In this document: positions 29,962-37,418 of the stretch, piece by piece
How the letters are laid out: every line of letters begins with the position of its first letter
How positions within the stretch are numbered: position 1 is the first letter of the stretch
Source of the DNA: a virus
Taxonomy: Duplodnaviria; Heunggongvirae; Uroviricota; Caudoviricetes
IMG/VR virus record: IMGVR_UViG_3300032050_000048
Location: 8,476 to 72,475 of that record
DNA length: 64,000 nt
Reading direction: 5' to 3' (one strand)
Made by a program: the position numbers and the translations under genes
The notes under the pieces: model-generated
Told to the model about the DNA's origin: nothing
What the model saw: the letters and a program-made list of their open reading frames with translations, nothing else
Database searches by the model: none

Positions 29962-30035
29962 GCCCCTATGGCGGAATAGGTATACGCGTCAGATTTAGGA
30001 TCTGAATTTTGCAGGTTCAAGTCCTGCTAGGGGTA
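29962..30035 (+). tRNA. Type-I (short variable arm) tRNA with anticodon TAG (Leu codon CUA/CUG); identity uncertain
   Basis: Acceptor gccccta/taggggt, A73. D arm gcg-gaataggtata-cgc. Perfect anticodon stem tcaga/tctga with loop ttTAGga. 5-nt variable loop. T arm gcagg-ttcaagt-cctgc. Confidence 0.6.
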
Positions 30036-30403
30036 CAAAACTTTAAAAAAATAAACGATTATGAAAACGTATGACCAACATAAGATGAAAAGAACTCAGA
30101 TCAGGGAAGACCAGGTAAAAGCCGGATTCTTTGACGGTAGATTTGTTTCCCGGGTTGAGGAGTCAAAAAATACTTACACACGAAAGATTAAACATAAAAA
30201 ACAATTTTTTGTTTAATATTTACACTTTTTAAAAGTATTATATATTTATAACAAAAATAATAAAACTGCAAATGAAAAATTTACATATCATATCTTTGAG
30301 AGGGTTAGCAGAAGCTGAGGATTCTATCTATGTGAAGATGGTGTGATAAATTAATACATAAAATATTAGAAACCCATCTTCAAAAAAGATGGGTTTTTTG
30401 TTC

Positions 30404-30443
30404 TTTGACATATTGGAAATATAAAAAATTAAATATACCTTTG
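30404..30443 (+). promoter_or_regulatory. Promoter region: GTTCTTTGA motif and Bacteroidetes-type -7 element TAccTTTG, 5 nt upstream of ATG 30448
   Basis: TAccTTTG at 30436-30443 and TTTG/TTGG upstream; preceded by a terminator hairpin cccatcttcaaaaaagatggg at 30371-30399. Confidence 0.45.
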
Positions 30444-30447
30444 TTGT

Positions 30448-30741
30448 ATGGTAAAATTTAGTGATATAAAGTTTAAACCCCATAGCATGGGTGTTGGTCT
30501 TCAGGGTACTATTTTCTTTCCGGGAGGATATGGAATTTCTTGTGTTAGATTTAAATCTCCTTTTGGTGATAGATATATGTCTTATACAAGTAACGAAGAT
30601 GAGTGGGAAGTTGCAATCCTAAAAGGTGATGAAAACAACTGGGAACTTTGTTATGATACAATTTTAACAAATGATGTTTTGGGATACCAAACAAAAGAAG
30701 ATATTGAAAAAATTATGAGATATCTTATAAGATTACATTAA
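30448..30741 (+). CDS. Hypothetical protein
   Basis: 97-aa ORF. Confidence 0.45.
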   Translation: MVKFSDIKFKPHSMGVGLQGTIFFPGGYGISCVRFKSPFGDRYMSYTSNEDEWEVAILKGDENNWELCYDTILTNDVLGYQTKEDIEKIMRYLIRLH

Positions 30742-30745
30742 AAAG

Positions 30746-30777
30746 ATTTGGTAGATTAAAAAATTTGACATATCTTT
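30746..30777 (+). promoter_or_regulatory. Bacteroidetes-type promoter (TTTG, 20-nt spacer, TAtcTTTG)
   Basis: TTTG at 30746-30749, TAtcTTTG at 30770-30777. Followed by a gtaagacaaa leader and a GTTCTTTGA motif at 30844-30852. Confidence 0.5.
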
Positions 30778-30779
30778 GT

Positions 30780-31250
30780 AAGACAAACGATGGGGGTAGG
30801 AAGTTTAGAAATTGGTATCCTACCCCCAGATAAAGGGAAAAAAGTTCTTTGAAAACATTGTGATTTATTACACTAAAGCGAGGGGGAAAACTTTAGGTAG
30901 TATGTGTTGAACTAGCTTGCTCCGACTAGCACGGTCTAATCCGCCGTGAAGCATTTAATAATGGAGTAATGATGCTGATACATATAAATCACAACTTTTT
31001 AAAATATTGTGGTGGTAAGAAAAGGTGAACTCGTTAAGTTCATAGACCTGTTGACAAAAGATGGTGAAACGAGTGTGGTTGTCAACTACTGTATCACAGA
31101 TATAGCAGGCGGGAGGTAGAGGATCTCACCGGTCTCATAAGCCGGTTTAACTTGGTGCGATTCCAAGGCGTTGCTACAACAAAAAGGGTGGATAGGTGGG
31201 AGGGCCTTTCCTAAAAGACGGCACGCTAGGCCCGTGTTCACCCTTAAAAT
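30780..31250 (+). ncRNA. Candidate structured noncoding transcript A (about 470 nt between the promoter and tRNA-Asp; class unknown)
   Basis: No credible ORF. GC-enriched relative to the surrounding DNA. Hairpins such as gggggtagga...tcctaccccc. Ends at tRNA-Asp. Confidence 0.35.
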
Positions 31251-31322
31251 GGTCCATTGGTGTAGTGGCTAACATACATCCCTGTCACGGATGTGCTCCG
31301 GGTTCAATTCCCGGATGGACCG
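31251..31322 (+). tRNA. tRNA-Asp (GTC)
   Basis: Acceptor ggtccat/atggacc. Anticodon stem catcc/ggatg, loop ctGTCac. T arm ccggg-ttcaatt-cccgg. Confidence 0.8.
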
Positions 31323-31351
31323 CTAAACAATTAAAAACTAAACAAAATGAA

Positions 31352-31573
31352 ATGTTAAAGTTTAAACTGGGGTTGTGGGGTGTTGTAGGTACCACAATGA
31401 TTTACATCTACATAATGAATTTATTTTTCAGTTATGTAATCAACCGGGAGGTTGATGAAATCCTACAAATCGGTGCTAGTTTTATAGCTTTATTCTACAC
31501 CGTTTTTCAAATAAAGCTAATAGTAAAAGAAATAACAAATTTATTTAACAAAAAAGAAAAAGAAAATGATTAG
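31352..31573 (+). CDS. Small membrane protein
   Basis: The track ORF 31196..31573 overlaps tRNA-Asp, so an internal in-frame ATG at 31352 was chosen. MLKFKLGLWGVVGTTMIYIYIMNLFF is hydrophobic. Confidence 0.4.
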   Translation: MLKFKLGLWGVVGTTMIYIYIMNLFFSYVINREVDEILQIGASFIALFYTVFQIKLIVKEITNLFNKKEKEND

Positions 31574-32468
31574 TTTGATTGTAACATTAGTGTTTTTGAT
31601 TATCGCAGGGGTGATGATTGTAAAAGGTAAAATTAACGATGAGTCCTCAAGTATTCTAAAAGGAGTTGTTGTTGGTGTTGTGGGTGTATTGATTGGCGTA
31701 TTCCAACCATACTCACTTGAGAGAATTGACGCCGGTCACAAAGGTATTGTGGTTAACTTGTCCGGATCTGAAAGAGGGGTTGCTTCATATCAGTACAAAA
31801 CTGGGTGGGTTGTTTATAACACCTGGTTCACGCAAGTTCTTGAGTTCCCAACCTTTCAACAACATATTGAGTATGATGATCAGGTTGTAATTACAAAGGG
31901 TGGGTTCTCAGCAACTATTAAACCATCGTTTAACTACTCGTTGAAACCGGAAGCAATTGGTGATATGTTTGAAAACCTACGATTGGGTGTTAAAGAAATT
32001 GAACAAGGGTGGCTTAAAAACGCAATTGTTGGGGCGGTTAATGATGAAGCAAATAAATGGGAAGTTGATAGTATTTTTTCTAATCGTCAACAGTTTGAAG
32101 CGGCAATTGTTGTTGAGTGTAATAAACGATTAACAAAGTGGTTTGATGTGTCACAACTTAGAACAAACATTACACCACCGGAGGCGCTCCAGGAATCAAT
32201 TATTGCAAAAACAAAAGCTATCCAACAAGCTGAAGCCTCCGAGCAACAAGCAATTGCTGCAATTGCAGAAGGAAAACGTAAGGTGGCTGTCGCAAGAGCC
32301 GACTCGGCAGAAACAATTATCAACGCAAAAGCGGCATCACTTGCAATTGAGTTGAAACAACAAAAACTAACACCGATGTATATTGAGTATTTGAAGGCAA
32401 ATGCTTGGGATGGTAAACTTCCAACAACAATGGCAGGCAGTTCTGGAACGTTTTTGAATATTAAATAA
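31566..32468 (+). CDS. SPFH/band-7 (prohibitin/stomatin-like) family protein
   Basis: N-terminal TM helix, then GHKGIVVNLSGSERGV...; a coiled-coil AIQQAEASEQQAIAAIAEGKRKVAVARADSAE typical of the SPFH fold. Confidence 0.7.
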   Translation: MISLIVTLVFLIIAGVMIVKGKINDESSSILKGVVVGVVGVLIGVFQPYSLERIDAGHKGIVVNLSGSERGVASYQYKTGWVVYNTWFTQVLEFPTFQQHIEYDDQVVITKGGFSATIKPSFNYSLKPEAIGDMFENLRLGVKEIEQGWLKNAIVGAVNDEANKWEVDSIFSNRQQFEAAIVVECNKRLTKWFDVSQLRTNITPPEALQESIIAKTKAIQQAEASEQQAIAAIAEGKRKVAVARADSAETIINAKAASLAIELKQQKLTPMYIEYLKANAWDGKLPTTMAGSSGTFLNIK

Positions 32469-32473
32469 AAAGA

Positions 32474-32505
32474 TTTGGAGGATTGAAAAATTCTCCTTAT
32501 CTTTG
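32474..32505 (+). promoter_or_regulatory. Bacteroidetes-type promoter (TTTG, 20-nt spacer, TAtcTTTG)
   Basis: TTTG at 32474-32477, TAtcTTTG at 32498-32505. Followed by a gtaaaacaaa leader and GTTCTTTGA at 32526-32534. Confidence 0.5.
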
Positions 32506-32509
32506 TAAA

Positions 32510-32775
32510 ACAAATAAGGAAAGAAGTTCTTTGAAATAATAGATTGGTAAGATAGCAGATAGACCTACGTCAGCAGACTCTCATAGAGAATCAGAAATGA
32601 TGAGTAAAACGGAGCCCCTATCAGACTAACGTGTTGAGGAGGTACTCAAAGTTTTCCGGGAGGTTAACTGGTAATAAACGATGGTTTGGGTAGAACGGAT
32701 GTTAAAGGCGAGGTGTGGGTAGTAAGGATGGGGTAACCCACGAATAAGTAAATCTTAAGGTCTTACCATTTTTTA
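32510..32775 (+). ncRNA. Candidate noncoding RNA B (about 265 nt, promoter to terminator-like hairpin plus T-run)
   Basis: No ORF. Ends with gtaag...cttac followed by ATTTTTT around 32746-32775. Confidence 0.35.
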
Positions 32776-32928
32776 AAAATCTAAATCACGGGTGGCTCCC
32801 TTAATAGTTAAGGCTGACCTTAAGCATCTGACGCATGTCTATACAGGGGGCGAAAGTGATTTAAAATATTGTAATGAACAACGCGACCGCAGGAGTTGTA
32901 CCTTTATGGTTTTGTAATGTGGTTTTAT

Positions 32929-33003
32929 GTTCCGTTCGTCTAGCTGGTTTAGGACACTTCCCTTTCACGGAAGAGATCATGGGTTCAAATCCCATACGGA
33001 ATA
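32929..33003 (+). tRNA. tRNA-Glu (TTC)
   Basis: Acceptor gttccgt/acggaat. D arm gtc-tagctggtttag-gac. Anticodon stem cttcc/ggaag, loop ctTTCac. T arm atggg-ttcaaat-cccat. Confidence 0.8.
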
Positions 33004-33013
33004 CAAAAAATAT

Positions 33014-33087
33014 GGTCCCGTAGCTCAGCTGAATAGAGCAACGCCCTTCTAAGGCGAAGGTCACAGGTTTGAATCCTGTCGGGACTA
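33014..33087 (+). tRNA. tRNA-Arg (TCT)
   Basis: Acceptor ggtcccg/cgggact. D arm gctc-agctgaata-gagc. Anticodon loop ctTCTaa. T arm acagg-tttgaat-cctgt. Confidence 0.8.
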
Positions 33088-33233
33088 CAAAAAATTAAAA
33101 GTTATGAATTATACAATAGAAAAGAAATGTCATGCTTGGATAGGAATATGGTGGCAAGTTAAGGAAGATAAAGAGATAGTCTTTAAGAGCAAACGAAAAA
33201 AAGATTGTGTGTTCTACGTGAACAGTAAAAAAT

Positions 33234-33338
33234 AGTCAGGTGGCGGAATTGGTAGACGCACCTCAACACCCTGGGGTTGAGACATTAAATGAGGGTTAAC
33301 AATGGGTCTCTTATAGGTTCAAATCCTGTCCTGACTAC
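33234..33338 (+). tRNA. Atypical 105-nt type-II tRNA-like gene (Leu-type D arm; anticodon region expanded or unresolved)
   Basis: Acceptor agtcagg/cctgact. D arm gcggaattggtagacgc is identical to E. coli tRNA-Leu. T arm atagg-ttcaaat-cctgt. About 18 nt too long between the D and T arms; no clean 7-nt anticodon loop. Confidence 0.35.
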
Positions 33339-33601
33339 ACGTGGTAGGGTTCATCACCCCCTAGTGTGCCCCACATAATGAGAAACGGAGTGATATCCGT
33401 AGGGGAACGTACATTGTCGTATAGGGAGAACGACTGGGAAAGTAAGTTGTATTAGATACAGTGGAAACGCACATCTCAACAGAGGTGGACTGAAAGTTTG
33501 CCCGACCTGGGTTGAGGACGAAAGAAACTATTTCTAACCTACCTTTTTGGTGGGGACAACCGGAGCACCTGTAAGCTGAATAAATTAGGGTGTTAACAAA
33601 G
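33339..33601 (+). ncRNA. Candidate structured spacer RNA E between the two atypical type-II tRNA-like genes
   Basis: About 260 nt, GC-enriched, no ORF. Confidence 0.25.
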
Positions 33602-33690
33602 GCAAGTGGCGAAATCGGCAGACGCTAAGGTAGATCTAACTAAGATTGTACCGAGACAATGTAAAAGTTGTCGTATAGGTTCAAATCCTT
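33602..33690 (+). tRNA. Atypical type-II tRNA-like gene (Leu/Ser-type D arm gcgaaatcggcagacgc; anticodon unresolved)
   Basis: Acceptor aggcaag/cttgtct (G3-U70). T arm atagg-ttcaaat-ccttt. A hairpin gacaa...ttgtc in the variable region. No canonical anticodon arm found. Confidence 0.3.
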
Positions 33691-33879
33691 TCTTGTCTAC
33701 AAATACAATTAAAAGATGAATATGTTATTGTTTGTATCATTTGTTTTGTTTATACTTTTAATAGGTAGAAAAAAAAGAAAATATTAACTTCAGTACCCAT
33801 ACAGCGGTGAGACGGGCTAAGTAAGATACGATTCCTCGGGGCTGGGAGTAGAATGCTGAAGAAATATTTTCTAAAATAT

Positions 33880-33959
33880 GCTCCGATGGTGAAATTGGTA
33901 TACACGATGCGTTTAAGCCGCATTCCTACGGGGTGAGGGTTCAAATCCCTCTCGGAGTA
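33880..33959 (+). tRNA. tRNA-Leu (TAA), type II
   Basis: Acceptor gctccga/tcggagt. Anticodon stem atgcg/cgcat, loop ttTAAgc. 11-nt variable arm. T arm gaggg-ttcaaat-ccctc. Confidence 0.75.
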
Positions 33960-34062
33960 CTGTTGTGTTATTCCCTTGAGAAAGGAATTACGGTGGGATA
34001 TGGTCTTGATTTGGATTTAACCTAGTATGAATCACAACACAGAGGACTTCTCATCCTCAACC

Positions 34063-34136
34063 GGACCTTTAACTCAGTTGGTCAGAGTGCTTGACTCATA
34101 ATCAAGGAGTCGTAGGTTCAAACCCTACAAGGTCCA
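34063..34136 (+). tRNA. tRNA-Met (CAT); could instead be an fMet or Ile2 (lysidine) type
   Basis: Acceptor ggacctt/aaggtcc. D arm actc-agttggtca-gagt. Anticodon stem cttga/tcaag, loop ctCATaa. T arm gtagg-ttcaaac-cctac. Confidence 0.75.
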
Positions 34137-34151
34137 CACCGCTTAAGATGC

Positions 34152-34191
34152 AAACAACCACATTAATAGAAATATTGTGTGGTTGTTTTTT
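34152..34191 (+). terminator. Rho-independent terminator closing the tRNA island
   Basis: Hairpin aacaaccacat...tgtgtggttgtt followed by TTTTTT. Confidence 0.6.
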
Positions 34192-34232
34192 ATTTTCCTA
34201 TATGTAATAAATAAAAAATGAAAAAATATTAA

Positions 34233-34409
34233 ATGAGAAGAATTAGATTAATTAAAAGAAAGTTAAAAAAAATGTTAAAACACAATTGTAACAGAGAAGG
34301 AAGAATTGTTGGGATGTATTATGGTGATTCTACAGAGGATACAACCACAAAAGTAACATACAAATGTAGGGTATGTAATAATGTCTGGACAATGGAGCAA
34401 TTAGTATAA
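34233..34409 (+). CDS. Small basic zinc-ribbon-like protein (58 aa; not in ORF track)
   Basis: MRRIRLIKRKLKK...HNCNREG...KCRVCNNVW; the ATG of the next gene overlaps the stop. Confidence 0.35.
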   Translation: MRRIRLIKRKLKKMLKHNCNREGRIVGMYYGDSTEDTTTKVTYKCRVCNNVWTMEQLV

Positions 34410-34410
34410 T

Positions 34411-34785
34411 ATGGACACAAACCTTAAAATATTCCAGGAAATCTTTGACAACCTAAAAGGTGAACTTGTCATTTGTGATTTTTCTGTATATAGACTTATT
34501 GGAATGGTTGAAGATGAATATGATTATTATTATCTTTTATTTGATGGTAAAGAATTGTACTTATTTAGTTGTTTAATTAATTTGATTAGACTAAAAAATC
34601 AAATTGATGATGAGGATTATTCCGAAATGACTAGACTTGTAAAACTTAACCATCCGGATCAACCGGGATTTGACGGAATTACCGAAGAACTTACAACACT
34701 AAATGAAGAGTTTAAAAAAGAAATTATTTCTTCATTAAGAAACGATGTTAAATTTATTGTTGGACCATATTGGGATTTAAATTAA
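34411..34785 (+). CDS. Hypothetical protein
   Basis: 124-aa ORF. Confidence 0.45.
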   Translation: MDTNLKIFQEIFDNLKGELVICDFSVYRLIGMVEDEYDYYYLLFDGKELYLFSCLINLIRLKNQIDDEDYSEMTRLVKLNHPDQPGFDGITEELTTLNEEFKKEIISSLRNDVKFIVGPYWDLN

Positions 34786-35015
34786 ATAAAATGAATAAAG
34801 AACAAGTAAACCATCCAGAACATTACGGAGGATCTGATAATGTTTATGAAGCAATTAAGGTTATTGATGCCTGGGACCTTGGATTTTCTCTGGGAAATAC
34901 AGTTAAATACATCTCAAGAGCCGGAAAGAAAGAATCCGATAAAGAACTCCAGGATTTGAAAAAAGCTCTTTGGTATTTAAATCATCGTATTGAGCAACTT
35001 GAAAAAAATAGATAA
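34770..35015 (+). CDS. DUF3310-like phage protein
   Basis: NHPEHYGG...YEAIKVIDAW.LGFSLGNTVKYISRAGKK...DLKKALWYL matches the conserved DUF3310 pattern. Confidence 0.55.
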   Translation: MGFKLNKMNKEQVNHPEHYGGSDNVYEAIKVIDAWDLGFSLGNTVKYISRAGKKESDKELQDLKKALWYLNHRIEQLEKNR

Positions 35016-35287
35016 TGAACTACTTTTTGTTTTTAATTGGATTTTTATTTGTTGGTTGCACAACAACATATGTTGAAATTTATAACATTGAAAAATACCC
35101 GGTAACCTGGGATGATACAATAATTTATAAGGAGGATCACTGGCATTTTTGTGATAATGATAATATTTGGCATTGTGTTGAGCTTGAGGCTGACACAGTT
35201 CAAATTAATTGTAAAGATACATTGGTTATAAAACAATTAGTAACAAAATATAAAATAAGAAAAAATGACAACAGAAGAATTAAGTGA
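35015..35287 (+). CDS. Putative lipoprotein
   Basis: MNYFLFLIGFLFVGCTTT gives a signal peptide with a lipobox Cys. Confidence 0.4.
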   Translation: MNYFLFLIGFLFVGCTTTYVEIYNIEKYPVTWDDTIIYKEDHWHFCDNDNIWHCVELEADTVQINCKDTLVIKQLVTKYKIRKNDNRRIK

Positions 35288-35657
35288 GTATCTAGAATCA
35301 ATTGGTGGACTTAAAAATGGATATTACCCGGATAAACCACCAATTAAAAATGCGTATTATTTTAATTGTGATTCCGGATGGAATGAATTACTCAAAGAAC
35401 TTATTGAAGACTTAATAAGTCTTGGGTGGAATAAACAAGTATGTCAAGTTAAGGAAAAATTTGGCGGACTTAGATTTTATATAAATGAAGGGTCTGATGA
35501 GATTTTTGATAGAATAATAAAAGCTGAAAGGGATAGTTATAAAATCTGTGAAAAATGTGGTAAGGATGGTGAATTAAGGAATGATTTGGGTTGGTATTTA
35601 ACACTTTGTCCGGAACACTATAACGAAAAGCTAATTAAGAAAAACAGTACTTTGTAA
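35265..35657 (+). CDS. Hypothetical Cys-containing protein (CEKCGK...CPEH)
   Basis: 130-aa ORF. Confidence 0.45.
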   Translation: MTTEELSEYLESIGGLKNGYYPDKPPIKNAYYFNCDSGWNELLKELIEDLISLGWNKQVCQVKEKFGGLRFYINEGSDEIFDRIIKAERDSYKICEKCGKDGELRNDLGWYLTLCPEHYNEKLIKKNSTL

Positions 35658-35705
35658 GATTTTTAAATATTTATCATAATAAATAAACTTTAAAAAACAA
35701 AAATT

Positions 35706-35874
35706 ATGAAGTTAACAAAAGAACAAGCACTAGGTATTCTTAGACACGTATTAACGTTTGCCGGAGGTATCGTTGTTGCTAAAGGTTACGTTGATAACGC
35801 AGCAGTGGTTGAAATTATTGGTGGTGTTATGACATTAGCAGGTGCTGTTTGGTCTATAATTGACAAAAAGTAAT
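35706..35874 (+). pseudogene. Small holin-like membrane protein ORF, reading frame interrupted at a GGG run (35820-35822); frameshift or sequencing error
   Basis: Frame 1 gives MKLTKEQALGILRHVLTFAGGIVVAKGYVDNAAVVEII. Skipping one G continues as GGVMTLAGAVWSIIDKK with stop at 35872-35874. Unshifted, it ends at 35864 after a poor tail. Confidence 0.35.
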
Positions 35875-35897
35875 TTATTTGATAACATTTCTTACTT

Positions 35898-35925
35898 AAC
35901 CCCACTTAAACGGTGGGGTTTTTTA
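35898..35925 (+). terminator. Rho-independent terminator
   Basis: Hairpin aaccccac-ttaaacg-gtggggtt followed by a T-run. Confidence 0.6.
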
Positions 35926-35951
35926 TTTAATAATATATTTATATTATAATT

Positions 35952-36773
35952 ATGAAAAAAATACTTACAGAGTCTGAAGTTAAAAACATTAAAAATATGT
36001 ACTCAATTAATGAGTCATTACTTTCTGATGTTGTTGACAAAATAAAAGATTTACCGGATTTTGAAAATATCAAAAAAAAATTTAAGGAAGTTACAGGAAT
36101 TGATCTTGAATCAAAGGTCAATATTGGTGGCAAATCATCTAACACCAATTATAAAGGAAAAGTTGACTTTAGTCGTGGAGGGTTTAGTAGTGAACAAAAG
36201 GAAAATATTGAATACCTTTTATCTGAAATGGAGAAAAAGGGGATTAAGGACCCTTACACTCAAATAGGGATTTTATCTGTAATTATGAAAGAAACTAACT
36301 TCATTCAAAAAAGTGAAGTTGACTATTCAGATACCGCAAACTCAAGAATACGAAACACATTCGGTAAAAGAGTACGAAAATATTCCGATGAACAACTAAA
36401 TAAATTAAAAGCAAACCCAAAGAGATTTTTTAATGTTGTTTATGCAAATATAATTGGAAATGGTGATGTAGAAAGTGGTGATGGATATAAGTATCGTGGG
36501 AGAGGGTTTAATCAGTTAACAGGGAAGGGTAACTATAGAAAATATGGTTCACTTGCCGGTATTGATTTGGTAAGTAATCCAGATAAATTAAATGATAGAG
36601 AAGTTGCGGTAAAAGTTGCGTTACAATTTTTAACAAAAGGAAAAACAGATTTTCCTAAATTTGATAGTAAAAAAGAAGCAGCAGAATATTTTGCTGATAT
36701 AAATGCTGGTGGTGGTACAAGTACTCACAGATCAAATGCGGTTAAAGCGTCTGAAAATTTTGATATTAAATAA
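35952..36773 (+). CDS. Glycoside hydrolase family 19-like endolysin (peptidoglycan hydrolase) with leader-family N-terminus (MKKILTESEVKNIKNMY)
   Basis: YRGRGFNQLTGKGNYRKYGSLAGIDLVSNPDKL matches the GH19 catalytic core pattern (YKGRGxIQLTGxxNY). Confidence 0.65.
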   Translation: MKKILTESEVKNIKNMYSINESLLSDVVDKIKDLPDFENIKKKFKEVTGIDLESKVNIGGKSSNTNYKGKVDFSRGGFSSEQKENIEYLLSEMEKKGIKDPYTQIGILSVIMKETNFIQKSEVDYSDTANSRIRNTFGKRVRKYSDEQLNKLKANPKRFFNVVYANIIGNGDVESGDGYKYRGRGFNQLTGKGNYRKYGSLAGIDLVSNPDKLNDREVAVKVALQFLTKGKTDFPKFDSKKEAAEYFADINAGGGTSTHRSNAVKASENFDIK

Positions 36774-36776
36774 AGT

Positions 36777-37388
36777 ATGGAGAATTTATCTGGAATAATT
36801 ATTGCTTTTATAACTGGAGTCTTGGGACCGATTTCAATCCTACTTATTAAAAACTATTTTGATAAGAAAAAAAAGAAACCGGATATGGTTAGAGAAACAC
36901 TTAAAGTTTCTGAACTTGTAAATCAAAAAATAGAACATATTAAAGAAGAGTTTAATGCTGATCGTGTTTGGGTTACTCAATTTCATAATGGAGGCAACTT
37001 TTACCCAACTGGAAAATCAATGGCAAAATTCTCAATAATATATGAAGCTGTAAACCCTGGAATATCCTCAGTGCAGTCAAACTTTCATAATATACCAGTT
37101 AATCTATTTTCAAAATCAATCAATGAATTACTTGTAAATGACGTTATTGAAATTACAGATTATAAAGATGAAACAATTGCAACTTTCGGTCTTAAGTATA
37201 TTGCCGAAGACACTGGCTGTAAATCTGGTTATTTATTTGCAATTAAAACAATTGATGAAAAATTTATTGGTACATTAGGTCTTGATTACACAAAAAAGAA
37301 AACAAAACTTAATATTGAATCAATAAATCATCTTCAGGTTCACGCATCATCTTTGGGTGGTGTTTTAATGAACCATTTAAATCAATAA
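36777..37388 (+). CDS. N-terminally membrane-anchored protein in the lysis cassette
   Basis: TM helix LSGIIIAFITGVLGPISILLI followed by a KKKKKP stop-transfer. Confidence 0.5.
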   Translation: MENLSGIIIAFITGVLGPISILLIKNYFDKKKKKPDMVRETLKVSELVNQKIEHIKEEFNADRVWVTQFHNGGNFYPTGKSMAKFSIIYEAVNPGISSVQSNFHNIPVNLFSKSINELLVNDVIEITDYKDETIATFGLKYIAEDTGCKSGYLFAIKTIDEKFIGTLGLDYTKKKTKLNIESINHLQVHASSLGGVLMNHLNQ

Positions 37389-37418
37389 TTTTTACAATCT
37401 TAGTATATTTATTGTAGT

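Noticed and set aside
30780-31250. RNase P RNA
   Set aside because: Only isolated short look-alikes of conserved regions (GGTGAAACGAGTG; ATAAGCCGG) on inconsistent strands; no GGAAAGTCCGG P4 core found anywhere in the window.
31196-31351. N-terminal 52 codons of track ORF 31196..31573
   Set aside because: This part runs straight through tRNA-Asp (31251-31322); an internal in-frame ATG at 31352 gives a plausible small membrane protein instead.
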